Shown here one piece after another: positions 42,148-51,395 of a stretch of DNA of 64,000 bases (the first letter of the stretch is position 1; each line of letters begins with the position of its first letter). The notes under the pieces are model-generated. The model saw only the letters and a program-made list of their open reading frames with translations, did no database searches and had not been told where the DNA came from. Source of the stretch: Nitrospirota bacterium. GTDB taxonomy: Bacteria > Nitrospirota > UBA9217. The stretch covers positions 672,001 through 736,000 of the forward strand of contig CAVUCU010000004.1 in NCBI GenBank assembly GCA_963740085.1, in the 5' to 3' direction. The position numbers were made by a program, and so were the translations under genes.

Positions 42148-43098
42148 CTACGACACCGGAACGAATCCGGTTATCCTTTGCGTTATGGTGTCTGTGATGG
42201 CCCTGGCGAGGGCAAGCGCCCGCCTGCCTTCAATGCCCGTCACCAAGGGCCGGGCACCGCTCCGAACACTCTGAACGAAAGCCCGGATCTCATCTTCCAG
42301 CGTATCGCGCCGGTCGCTCGAAATGTCCTGGACCTTCAATTGAGGAATGACTCCCGGATTTATACGCGAGACGGTCGCTTTCTGTGCCTGGTAATCGGAC
42401 GTATAGATCGCGTTCAAGTCAAATATCCTGAGCAGTCGTTTTTTTTCATCCGAGATCCTGCTGGCAGTGACATCGGCGATGCATCCATTCTGAAAGGTGA
42501 TCCGTGCCGTTGCCATATCGATCTCGGCCGTCATGAACGAAACGCCGGCGGCGCTGACTTCTTTCGGCGGCGATCCGGAAAGGTCCATGACGATATCGAG
42601 GTCGTGGATCATCAGGTCAAGCACCACATTCACGTCCGTGCACCTGACGGTATACGGCGCTGAACGCTCAGCCGTGATATATCGCGGCGTTTTGAGCAGC
42701 GACTTGACGGCTGTGATCGCGGGATTGAATCGTTCGATATGCCCAACCTGCAGGACCACCTTCTTACGGGCCGCAAGATCAATAAGTTCATCCGCCTGCC
42801 CGATGGTCTCGGTCATGGGTTTCTCGAGAAGAACGTGGACGCCCTGTTCCAGAAATTGTTTCGCAATGCGATGGTGCAAAATGGTCGGCGTCACGATACT
42901 TACGGCGTCCACCTTCCCGATCAAGGAGGCCGGATCAACCGAGGACCGGGTGTTCAACTTCGCGGCGAGAAGCGTTGCGCGCTCGAGATCCGTATCCACC
43001 AGTCCTGCCAGTTCGACTCCGGGAATGTCCGCGTATTTTTCCGCATGAAACTGACCCAGGTACCCTGTGCCGATGACGCCTACCCGTAAATTCTTCAT
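42148..43098 (-). CDS. gnnA: Gfo/Idh/MocA oxidoreductase, probable UDP-GlcNAc 3-dehydrogenase
   Basis: GVIGTGYLGQFHAEKY, EKP, VGHIERFNP, DVNVVLDLMIHD, TASRIS; lipid A operon context. Confidence 0.8.
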   Translation of the reverse strand: MKNLRVGVIGTGYLGQFHAEKYADIPGVELAGLVDTDLERATLLAAKLNTRSSVDPASLIGKVDAVSIVTPTILHHRIAKQFLEQGVHVLLEKPMTETIGQADELIDLAARKKVVLQVGHIERFNPAITAVKSLLKTPRYITAERSAPYTVRCTDVNVVLDLMIHDLDIVMDLSGSPPKEVSAAGVSFMTAEIDMATARITFQNGCIADVTASRISDEKKRLLRIFDLNAIYTSDYQAQKATVSRINPGVIPQLKVQDISSDRRDTLEDEIRAFVQSVRSGARPLVTGIEGRRALALARAITDTITQRITGFVPVS

Positions 43099-43916
43099 GC
43101 AAGATCCTTCGGGTCCTGCACCGCGATGATCGTGATGCCGGCACGGTCTGCTTCATGGATCACTGTTTCCCGTTCCAGGATAATGGTCTTGCCCGCTTCA
43201 ACCGCCAGGCAGGTCGCTTTTACGTCTTCCATGGATTTGATCGTCTGGGTCCCGATCGCGGGGAGGTCGAACCGAAGGTCCTGCTGCGGTTTGCATACCT
43301 TGACAACGACCGCACCCTTGCCGCAAAGTTTCCCGCCGCGGCGAATTGCCTCATCAGTGCCCTCAATGGCCTCCACGGCAAGAATGACCTGGTCCTTGAG
43401 CACGACGGTCTGGCCGATGTCCAGACGGCCGATCTCTTTCGCCGTCTGCCAGCCGAATTCGATGTCCCGACGCTCGTTTTTCGCAGGCTTTCTTTTCGTC
43501 AATACGCCCCGCTGCGCCACGATGCTGTCAAGATAGAGCGTCGACTCGCGCACGACGATCCCTTCGGACTCAAGTTCATCCGCCACAGCGCGAAGCAGGG
43601 AATCGTCCTTTTTGTGAACCATTTTCGCGAGCAGCGCCATTCCCCGCAGATCGGGCAGCGTATTGCCGAATAATCGCGTTTTCCTGATGCCGCCGGCCAT
43701 AAGTACGTCAACGACACCCTGTTCTTTGAATATCTGTATGATCTTGCCGAGCTGGCCCACCTTTACCCAGTAAATGCCGTCAACCAGATTCGCGAGCTCG
43801 GGCAGTGTCTCTCCCTCGTGCGCTACGGCGATGACCTGCATGCCCTTTAGTTTGGCGGCGCGCGCGAAGGCAATGGGGAAGTTTCCATTCCCCGCTATTA
43901 ACCCGATCTTACTCAT
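43095..43916 (-). CDS. lpxI: UDP-2,3-diacylglucosamine diphosphatase (DUF1009)
   Basis: IGLIAGNGNFP, LDIGQTVV, AVEAIEGTD, KPQQDLRFDLPAIG. Confidence 0.93.
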   Translation of the reverse strand: MSKIGLIAGNGNFPIAFARAAKLKGMQVIAVAHEGETLPELANLVDGIYWVKVGQLGKIIQIFKEQGVVDVLMAGGIRKTRLFGNTLPDLRGMALLAKMVHKKDDSLLRAVADELESEGIVVRESTLYLDSIVAQRGVLTKRKPAKNERRDIEFGWQTAKEIGRLDIGQTVVLKDQVILAVEAIEGTDEAIRRGGKLCGKGAVVVKVCKPQQDLRFDLPAIGTQTIKSMEDVKATCLAVEAGKTIILERETVIHEADRAGITIIAVQDPKDLA

Positions 43917-43968
43917 ACCCTGCATTACTTGTTATTACCGGCTCCTGACCCCTTACTTCTGTTTTCCA

Positions 43969-44742
43969 CTACCTCGTCACTCCGCGTTTTGAGTTGCGCA
44001 TGAAATCGATAAGGTAGCCCACTTCCTTGGAATGAGGAAACTCCTCCATTGCTTTTTTGAATGCCTCGTCCTGCATGAGTCCCGAGCGGAAGATGATCTT
44101 ATACGTCTTTTTCAGTTCGTTGATGACCTGGTCGCTGAAGCCCTTGCGCTTGAGACCCACGAGATTCAGTCCATGGAGCTGCGCGCGGTTGCCGGTGGCG
44201 TTGACATAAGGCGGTACATCCAGCACAATGGCGGATTGGCCACCGATCATGGAGTATGCCCCAATTCGGACGAACTGATGAATTCCGATGAGCGCCCCGA
44301 GAATGGCGAAATCTTCAACGATGACATGACCACCAAAGGCGGCGTTGTTGGCCATGATGATGTTGTTCCCGAGCTTACAGTCGTGGGCCACATGGATATA
44401 GGCCATAAGAAAGTTCTTGTTGCCGATCTCTGTTTTCCGATCGGCCTTGGTCGTGGCGCGATGCACGGTCGCGTACTCCCGGATGACATTATCGTCGCCG
44501 ATAATCAAATAGGTCTCTTCGTTTCGGTAGCCGATATCTTGCGGAGGCGTGCCGATGCTCGAAAAGGAATGTATCCGGTTCCGTTCCCCGATCGTTGTCC
44601 AGCCATCGATCAGGACATGGGAAGCGATCTCCGTGTCTTTCCCGATCGTCACATGCTCGCCGATGACCGTATAAGGACCAATCGAAACGCCCCCGGCGAT
44701 CCCCGCTTTCGGATGTATAATTGCAGTTGGATGAATATTCAC
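43969..44742 (-). CDS. lpxA: UDP-GlcNAc(3N) acyltransferase
   Basis: IHPTAII, hexapeptide repeats, PQD, IREYATVHR, HVAHDC, HQFVRIG, GLNLVGLKRKGF. Confidence 0.96.
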   Translation of the reverse strand: MNIHPTAIIHPKAGIAGGVSIGPYTVIGEHVTIGKDTEIASHVLIDGWTTIGERNRIHSFSSIGTPPQDIGYRNEETYLIIGDDNVIREYATVHRATTKADRKTEIGNKNFLMAYIHVAHDCKLGNNIIMANNAAFGGHVIVEDFAILGALIGIHQFVRIGAYSMIGGQSAIVLDVPPYVNATGNRAQLHGLNLVGLKRKGFSDQVINELKKTYKIIFRSGLMQDEAFKKAMEEFPHSKEVGYLIDFMRNSKRGVTR

Positions 44743-44761
44743 CTGGTGTTCCTGGTCCTTC

Positions 44762-45205
44762 CTATTTGTCCTTATCCACGACCATGGCCATCATTTCAGC
44801 CTCGGCAACAACACCACCATCAACGATCGCGATCCCTCGCAGGCTCTTGATGGGACCGCGCGCCTTGATCAGATCCAGTTCGAACCGGACCTGGTCGCCC
44901 GGCGTAACCGGCTTGCGAAACTTGGCCTTATCGATGCTCATGAAATAAAGTACCTTTTTCTTTACCTCTTCCGGTGGCAGGGACATAAGCGCCATCACTC
45001 CGCCTGTTTGCGCCATCGCCTCCAGGAGCAGCACGCCAGGCATGATGGGATGACCGGGAAAGTGCCCTTGAAAAAACGGTTCGTTGATCGTCACATTCTT
45101 GAATCCCACGATCCGTTTGTCCGCTTCGAATTCGAGGATGCGGTCGATCATCAAAAACGGATACCGGTGCGGAAGGAAGTCCATAACCTCATTGATAGTG
45201 AGCAT
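44762..45205 (-). CDS. fabZ: 3-hydroxyacyl-ACP dehydratase
   Basis: LPHRYPFLMIDR, NEPFFQGHFP, MPGVLLLEAMAQ. Confidence 0.97.
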   Translation of the reverse strand: MLTINEVMDFLPHRYPFLMIDRILEFEADKRIVGFKNVTINEPFFQGHFPGHPIMPGVLLLEAMAQTGGVMALMSLPPEEVKKKVLYFMSIDKAKFRKPVTPGDQVRFELDLIKARGPIKSLRGIAIVDGGVVAEAEMMAMVVDKDK

Positions 45206-45206
45206 T

Positions 45207-46229
45207 CTATTTTCCCTTCTCTTTCAATTCGTTTATCTGTTTCTCCAACGCAGCCACAAGCTTTTTCAACTCGGGCAACTTCGGCAGCACCGACTGAACC
45301 TTGAGCCAGTCTCTCTGCGGCATTGCGTAGGTTCCCCCTACCACCTGAGCAGGTTCAATGTCTTTAATGATGCCTGACTGGGATGATGCCATGACGCGAT
45401 CGCCGATTATCACGTGATCGGCAACGCCTACTTGTCCTCCCAAAACAACCCAGTTGCCGATCGTGCAGCTCCCGGCAATTCCAACTTGTGCGATAAGAAT
45501 GCAGTGCTCGCCAAGCGTCACATTGTGGGCGATTTGCACGAGGTTATCGATCTTGGTTCCCTGCTTGACGATGGTGTTGCCGAGGGAAGCGCGGTCAATA
45601 GTACTGTTGGCGCCGATCTCCACATCGTCTTCTATGATCACACCGCCCACCTGCGGTATCTTGTGGTGTCGACCGCCGTCGGTCACGAACCCGAAGCCGT
45701 CTCTGCCGAGCACTGCCCCGGGATAGACGATCACCCTCTTGCCGATCCGTACGTTCTCGCCGATGCTCACATGCTCATGAATGACGGCATCATCATCGAC
45801 AACCGAACCTCTGCCGATCGAGGCCCCGGGGCGCACCGTGACACGGTCTCCGATCTTCACATCATCAGCCAGAACAGCAAAGGGATAAATAGAGGGGTCT
45901 GCACCGATAACAACGTTCGCGCCGATCGCAGCTTTCTCGCTGATGCCGCTCGCCTGGTAGGGTTTGACATAAAACAGCGCGAGGACCTGCGCGAATGCAA
46001 GCCGGGGATTTTTAAGCCGGAGCAGCGGCAGATGCATCGCGGGCGTGTCGAGCGGGACCAGGGCTGCTGAAGCCCGTGACTGTTCAAGGTCCTTGAAATG
46101 ATTTTTCCCGTCGATGAAAGTGATCTGCCCTTCTCCCGCTTCATGGATACCGGCCGCACCGCGGATATCGAGTTCAGCGGGTCCGATCAGTTCCGCGCCA
46201 AGCTTGTCTGCCAGTTCTTTAAGCTTCAT
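45207..46229 (-). CDS. lpxD: UDP-3-O-acylglucosamine N-acyltransferase
   Basis: [34 protein letters not shown]. Confidence 0.96.
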   Translation of the reverse strand: MKLKELADKLGAELIGPAELDIRGAAGIHEAGEGQITFIDGKNHFKDLEQSRASAALVPLDTPAMHLPLLRLKNPRLAFAQVLALFYVKPYQASGISEKAAIGANVVIGADPSIYPFAVLADDVKIGDRVTVRPGASIGRGSVVDDDAVIHEHVSIGENVRIGKRVIVYPGAVLGRDGFGFVTDGGRHHKIPQVGGVIIEDDVEIGANSTIDRASLGNTIVKQGTKIDNLVQIAHNVTLGEHCILIAQVGIAGSCTIGNWVVLGGQVGVADHVIIGDRVMASSQSGIIKDIEPAQVVGGTYAMPQRDWLKVQSVLPKLPELKKLVAALEKQINELKEKGK

Positions 46230-46263
46230 GACCTTCGCTTTTCCTTCACGCAGCCCGCCGCGA

Positions 46264-46830
46264 TTATTTTTTAACTTCGTCCTTCTTGACCTCTTCCTTC
46301 TTGTCCATTTCAGAAACGACCTTATCGGTCAGGTCCAGGTCCTCATCGGCATACAGAACTGCAGGGACCTCGGCCTTCGAAAGGATATTGATCGTCTTGT
46401 TCAGGACCAGGGAGCATTTTTCCCGTTTGGCGATGTCCTTGAGCACGAGTACCAGCTGCTGGTTGAAATCGTTCGACAACTCCTCGTTCTTCTTCCCGAT
46501 CTCGCCGCTGAAATCATCACGCTTCTTCTGAAATTCGCTGATCTTGCGGCTGAGCGTCTCTTCTTTTCCCTTCTGCGCCTTTTCATTCAGCAGTTTGGCC
46601 TGTTTCTGCTTGGTGTAGTCATCCTGCAGCTTCTGTATCTCCTCGGAATCCAGGTCGAGGATCTTCTTGCGGCTTTCATAGTACTCCCGCACCACTCCCT
46701 GATATTTCTTGCCCAGCTTGGTCTTGTCAAATACCGCCTGGCTATCGACAAAGGCTACTTTTCCTCCAGCCGCCATGGCGGCCGTTGCAAGCAACAGCAT
46801 GGTCACGCACAAAACAATAATTCTTTTCAT
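46264..46830 (-). CDS. skp: Periplasmic chaperone Skp/OmpH
   Basis: Signal peptide, KVAFVD, coiled coil, DLTDKV; between bamA and lpxD. Confidence 0.88.
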   Translation of the reverse strand: MKRIIVLCVTMLLLATAAMAAGGKVAFVDSQAVFDKTKLGKKYQGVVREYYESRKKILDLDSEEIQKLQDDYTKQKQAKLLNEKAQKGKEETLSRKISEFQKKRDDFSGEIGKKNEELSNDFNQQLVLVLKDIAKREKCSLVLNKTINILSKAEVPAVLYADEDLDLTDKVVSEMDKKEEVKKDEVKK

Positions 46831-46937
46831 CTGGAACCTCCTTAAAGTATTTATTTGAATTGTAATGATCTAGCCACGCCGTGCACTCACCGTGGTAAAG
46901 TTTTGTGGTTTTATTCTTTGCCCCCTGTTCAGGCGTC

Positions 46938-49277
46938 CTAAAAGAGCGTCCCGATGGAAAATTCAAACTTACTTGGCTGATCCTCAGGCCTCTTTTTCAC
47001 GATGTTTCCCCATTCGAACCTGAGGGGCCCGATGGGAGAAAGCCACCAGAATCCCCATCCGTAGGTCTGTCGAAGTTCGGAAAACTTCACGGTCTCGTAA
47101 TTATCGAATGCCTTCCCGATGTCATAGAAGATCACTCCTTTGAGCCGCGCAGCCGGGACGATCGGGAACGTATACTCGATGTTGTAAATGAGTTCCCTGT
47201 TTCCACCCCAGAGGTTCAAGGCTGCGTCCGTGGGACCGGCGGTGCCGAATCGAAAACCACGAAGCGTGGTAGGGCCGCCGACAAAGAAGCGCTCCCCCAG
47301 GGGAACGGGTTTGTCGATGAGGGATTCTACATACCCGGCCCTGCCGCGCACCATGAAGACGGTGTCCCAGAACACCGGGAAATACCACGCCGAATCGACC
47401 GCGGTCTTGACAAAATTCGGGTCGCCGCCGAGCGGTCCGCCGGCATATTCCACGAAGACGCTGTTCCGGGACCCTGTTTTCGGATCGAGATAGTAGTCCC
47501 GCGAATCCCGTGAAATGCTCCAGGTAAGCGCATTCGTGCTGATCCGATCGCCGTAGATATCGAGCTGCCTCTGGAGGGCGAATGCCGGTATCGTATTTAT
47601 GTCCGTCACCAGCGAGTTGTCGTAGCTGAATCTGAGCGAGGTCGATACATATTCGCCGAAACTCTTGCCCGCCGAAAGGGCAAAACCGTTTGTCTTGAGC
47701 CAATAGCCGTTGTAATCTTGTGACTGCTTATAGATGTCGACCTTGCCCCAGAGCGGTTGGTCAAACAGATACGGTTCCATGAAGGTGAGCATAAAAAGCT
47801 GGCTTACCGAGCCCCACTGGGTCTTGAATTTGAGGAGTTGGCCCCGGCCGCCGAGGTTGCCCTGCGTAACTTCTGCGATGGCCATCAGTTTGTCCACCGA
47901 GCTGTAACCGCCGCCGATGCTGAACGTGCCGGTGAGCTTCTCCTTCACCTTGACGTTCAAATCCATGACCGATTCCTGCTTCCGGCGTTCCGGCACGATA
48001 TCTACGGTCTCGAAAAAATTGAGGTTGTTGATCCGTTCGTAGCTTCTTTTAAGAGCCTTTTTGCTGTAGAGGTCCCCTTCGTCAAGCCGCATCTCCCGAC
48101 GTATCACCTTGTCGCGGGTCTTGCTATTGCCCGTGATGTCTATTCTTCCGATCTTGACCTCGCCGCCTTCCTGGATTTCTATCTGAATGGCAACGGTCCT
48201 TTTGTCCTGGTCTATGTTGAACTGCGGGATGACGTTCGCGAATGGCCTCGCGATGCTGTCGTAGCGGTCCATGATCCTGCCGACGTCCTGACGGAGCATC
48301 TCTCTGTTGAAAACATCGCCTTTTGCAAGCTTGATCTCTTTCGACAGCTCCGCATCGGAGATAAGCGTATTCCCCTTCACCGTGATGGAGCCCACCCGGA
48401 ACTGTTCGCCTTCTTTGATATTGATGCGTATGACAAGCTCGCTCTTCCTGGTAAACTTTTTGAGTGGACCCCAGAAATAGCATTCACGAAAGGTGTATAT
48501 CTCCGGCTCGATGACAGGTTCGTCCACCACGACCTGGATGTAGCCTTTGTTGTAGTAGAGGTTCCTGATTGTCTCCAGATCATCCTTGAGCTCTTCCGTC
48601 CTCAGCGTGCCGCTGCGGTCGAGGAATGAAAAGATCCAGCGTTCCCGGTTCTTGAGGGCCGCCTTGATCTCCTTCGAGGAGATTGCCTTGTTGCCGGTAA
48701 TGATGACTTCCTCTAATCGTACCTTTTCCCCCTCCTCAATGTGAAAGACAACATTCCTGTCGCCGCTGCGAAGTTCGGTGACGACGGGCACCACGACAGC
48801 GTCGTAGAACCCATCATCCTGGTACTTGAGCCGTATTTTCTCCGCGTTGTCATTGATAAGCTGCACGTTGAAGGCGGTACGGGGAAGCAGGGTCAGGATT
48901 TCTTTCAGCTTTTCCGTCGTCAGTTCATTGTTTCCCTCGAAGGTAATTTCACGAATGAGCGGCTTTTCCTTGACGACGAAGATGACCTTGAGCCCGTTTT
49001 CAAAACCCTCGGTCCTTACCTGCACGTCCTCAAAATGTCCGAGCTGGTACAGCGCCTTGACGTCTTCCCGGATCATTGCCGGTGAAAAGACGTCACCTTC
49101 TTTTGTTTTGATCTTGGCAAGGATCGTTGAGGTCTCTATTCTCTTGTTGCCCTTTACTTCGACCAGGGTCACCTTCGTATCATCTGCCGCACTGAAACCA
49201 GCAAAAACAGACAGGATCAGGAGTGTCAGCACCCCGATGGCGGCACCGCATTTGCTCACGATTATAACTTCCTCCAT
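46938..49277 (-). CDS. bamA: Outer membrane protein assembly factor
   Basis: POTRA repeats (GNKRIE, GNSKTRDKVIRRE), LRGF, SPIGPLRFEWG, C-terminal F. Confidence 0.96.
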   Translation of the reverse strand: MEEVIIVSKCGAAIGVLTLLILSVFAGFSAADDTKVTLVEVKGNKRIETSTILAKIKTKEGDVFSPAMIREDVKALYQLGHFEDVQVRTEGFENGLKVIFVVKEKPLIREITFEGNNELTTEKLKEILTLLPRTAFNVQLINDNAEKIRLKYQDDGFYDAVVVPVVTELRSGDRNVVFHIEEGEKVRLEEVIITGNKAISSKEIKAALKNRERWIFSFLDRSGTLRTEELKDDLETIRNLYYNKGYIQVVVDEPVIEPEIYTFRECYFWGPLKKFTRKSELVIRINIKEGEQFRVGSITVKGNTLISDAELSKEIKLAKGDVFNREMLRQDVGRIMDRYDSIARPFANVIPQFNIDQDKRTVAIQIEIQEGGEVKIGRIDITGNSKTRDKVIRREMRLDEGDLYSKKALKRSYERINNLNFFETVDIVPERRKQESVMDLNVKVKEKLTGTFSIGGGYSSVDKLMAIAEVTQGNLGGRGQLLKFKTQWGSVSQLFMLTFMEPYLFDQPLWGKVDIYKQSQDYNGYWLKTNGFALSAGKSFGEYVSTSLRFSYDNSLVTDINTIPAFALQRQLDIYGDRISTNALTWSISRDSRDYYLDPKTGSRNSVFVEYAGGPLGGDPNFVKTAVDSAWYFPVFWDTVFMVRGRAGYVESLIDKPVPLGERFFVGGPTTLRGFRFGTAGPTDAALNLWGGNRELIYNIEYTFPIVPAARLKGVIFYDIGKAFDNYETVKFSELRQTYGWGFWWLSPIGPLRFEWGNIVKKRPEDQPSKFEFSIGTLF

Positions 49278-49298
49278 TCACCGCAATAAGAACGGAAT

Positions 49299-49327
49299 AC
49301 TATAGCATGGGGCGGGAAATGTGTAAA
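49299..49327 (-). promoter_or_regulatory. Sigma70-type promoter of the bamA-lpx operon
   Basis: Minus strand TTTACA-17 nt-TATAGT with extended -10 TG. Confidence 0.55.
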
Positions 49328-49333
49328 CAAAAA

Positions 49334-50464
49334 TTATCCGGATAGCCTTGCCAGGACTTCATTCGACAGGAGAATTCCGCGGTCGGTGAGCCTCAGTCGC
49401 CCTTCCGCCATGCGAAGAAGTCCCGCATCGCTGAGCGGGACCGCGTTTTTTTCAAGTCGGTGCAAAAGGTCGGCGCCGTACCCCTGTTCAAATCGAAGGA
49501 GGTCCAGTCCCTTCGTGGTCCGGAGTCCCAGGAAGATTGTTTCCCTCGCTGACACCTCCGGTGCGATAGTCTCCTGGGAGTCGATGGCGGTGCGGCCGCT
49601 TGACAGTCGTTGCGAGTATTCCGTTATATCGGGAACATTTGCAGATCGCCTCCCCGAGATGAACGACCATGCCCCCGGACCGAGACCGAGGTATTCTCCC
49701 CGGTCCCAGTAGTTCATATTATGCCGGCATTCGCGCCCGGGAAGCATAAAATTCGATATCTCGTAACGTTCATAGCCCGCATTGTTCAGCTTTATGACCG
49801 CGCGCTCGTACATTGTTGCGATGACCTCATCAACAGGCATGGTGAATCTGCCTGCCTCTGCCTCCCGCATGAACTGTGAACCTTCGTCAAGGGAGAGGCT
49901 GTAGGCCGATACATGCTCGGGTTTGAGCGCGATAGCCGCATCAAGGGTCTCTTCCCAATGGGTCGCCGTTTGTCCCGGTATTCCATAGATGAGGTCTACG
50001 CCGATATTTTTGAATCCCGCGATTCTTGCAAGTCTGAACGCATCGGCGGCCTGTTCCCCCGAATGAAGCCTGCCCAGGGTTTGAAGTATCTCATCCGAGA
50101 AGGACTGAACGCCCAGGCTCAGCCTGTTTACTCCCTGAGCAAGTAAAAGAGAGAGCATCTCGCCGGTGGCCGTGTTCGGGTTTGCCTCGACCGTAAATTC
50201 AACCCTGTCATCGATCAAAAAATGTTCCCTGATGACCCTGACGAGCAGCTCCAGTTGCAGAGGAGAAAGAACGGTCGGCGTTCCTCCTCCTATATAAATG
50301 CTGTTAAAGGGCCGGTGACTGAAATCCTTCTGATACATTTCTGCCTCGCGTATCAGGCTGGACAGGAATTCATCAACTCGGCCGGGAGAGTACGCTGTTG
50401 AATAAAAGCCACAGTACCGGCACTTTCTGACACAAAAAGGGATATGGATATAGAGAGATAACAT
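49334..50464 (-). CDS. hemW: Radical SAM heme chaperone (HemN-like)
   Basis: LYIHIPFCVRKCRYCGF, GGGTP, YEISNF, HNMNYW. Confidence 0.92.
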   Translation of the reverse strand: MLSLYIHIPFCVRKCRYCGFYSTAYSPGRVDEFLSSLIREAEMYQKDFSHRPFNSIYIGGGTPTVLSPLQLELLVRVIREHFLIDDRVEFTVEANPNTATGEMLSLLLAQGVNRLSLGVQSFSDEILQTLGRLHSGEQAADAFRLARIAGFKNIGVDLIYGIPGQTATHWEETLDAAIALKPEHVSAYSLSLDEGSQFMREAEAGRFTMPVDEVIATMYERAVIKLNNAGYERYEISNFMLPGRECRHNMNYWDRGEYLGLGPGAWSFISGRRSANVPDITEYSQRLSSGRTAIDSQETIAPEVSARETIFLGLRTTKGLDLLRFEQGYGADLLHRLEKNAVPLSDAGLLRMAEGRLRLTDRGILLSNEVLARLSG

Positions 50465-50662
50465 ATTGGTTTTTCAGTTAACGATACGGATAAGATAAAA
50501 TCGGTTGTCTTGTGCAGGCTCAATATGCAACCAGGATGCCAACAGGGAAATATGCTGAAGGTTGAGGGCTGAAGTGACATCATGCATCGTCCACTCCGGT
50601 CTATTCACCTTCAAGTTTATCCGCCTGACTTGTTGCGTAATTTGATTATCGGTTGTTGGATG

Positions 50663-51127
50663 TTACCCGGCATTCGGAGCAACGGTGAAAATCAGCGCAG
50701 ACTCGTCACAGTCGGGGAACTTGACGCAGTTCAGGCAGTCGGTCCATATCTTATGAGGAAGCTCCTTCTTATCCGCCTCGGCAAAACCGAGCTTTTTGAA
50801 AAAGCCGGACTGATAGGTCAGCACAAAAACCCGCTCTACCCGCAGTTCAGCGGCCTCTGCCAGGCACTGTCGCACCAGTTCAGCGCCGATGCCGCGGTTG
50901 ACCCGGTCCTGCCTCACGGCGAGCGATCGTATCTCGGCCAGCCCCTCCCAGCTCACGTGGAGCGCGGCCGCGCCGACGAGCGAACCGCTGTCCTCGTAGA
51001 CGTGGAAATCGCGGAGATGTTCATAGAGCTCGTTCAGGGTGCGGGGCAGCATCTTTCCCGAATCGGCATAGGTATTGACCAGCGATTGGATCGCCTTCAC
51101 ATCCATGAACGTTGCTTTGCGGATCAT
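50663..51127 (-). CDS. argA: GNAT N-acetyltransferase, short-form N-acetylglutamate synthase-like
   Basis: MLPR..ELYE, LAEIRSLAV, VFVLTY, LPHKIWTDCLNCVKFPDCDE. Confidence 0.75.
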   Translation of the reverse strand: MIRKATFMDVKAIQSLVNTYADSGKMLPRTLNELYEHLRDFHVYEDSGSLVGAAALHVSWEGLAEIRSLAVRQDRVNRGIGAELVRQCLAEAAELRVERVFVLTYQSGFFKKLGFAEADKKELPHKIWTDCLNCVKFPDCDESALIFTVAPNAG

Positions 51128-51318
51128 GGTCGAAAATTACTCTGTTGAGGGGACAAAGTCAAACAAAAAGTGGCCGATAACCCCGCAAACTGTCGATAGT
51201 GTTGCGTATCCAGCACCTCCCTTATCTTATTGAGAAGCGCCGTCGGCGAGGTCGGATTGAAAAGAAAGTTCACGCTTACATCACCCGACAACCATGATGT
51301 CCAATAGCAAAAGGACTC

Positions 51319-51348
51319 TTGACTTTAACGTGTTGATTGGAGTATATT
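51319..51348 (+). promoter_or_regulatory. Sigma70-type promoter of clpC
   Basis: TTGACT-18 nt-TATATT. Confidence 0.45.
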
Positions 51349-51395
51349 TTAGCCAAGTGAAGTGAAATCATTGGTGTGAAGGTGGTCCTTCTATT

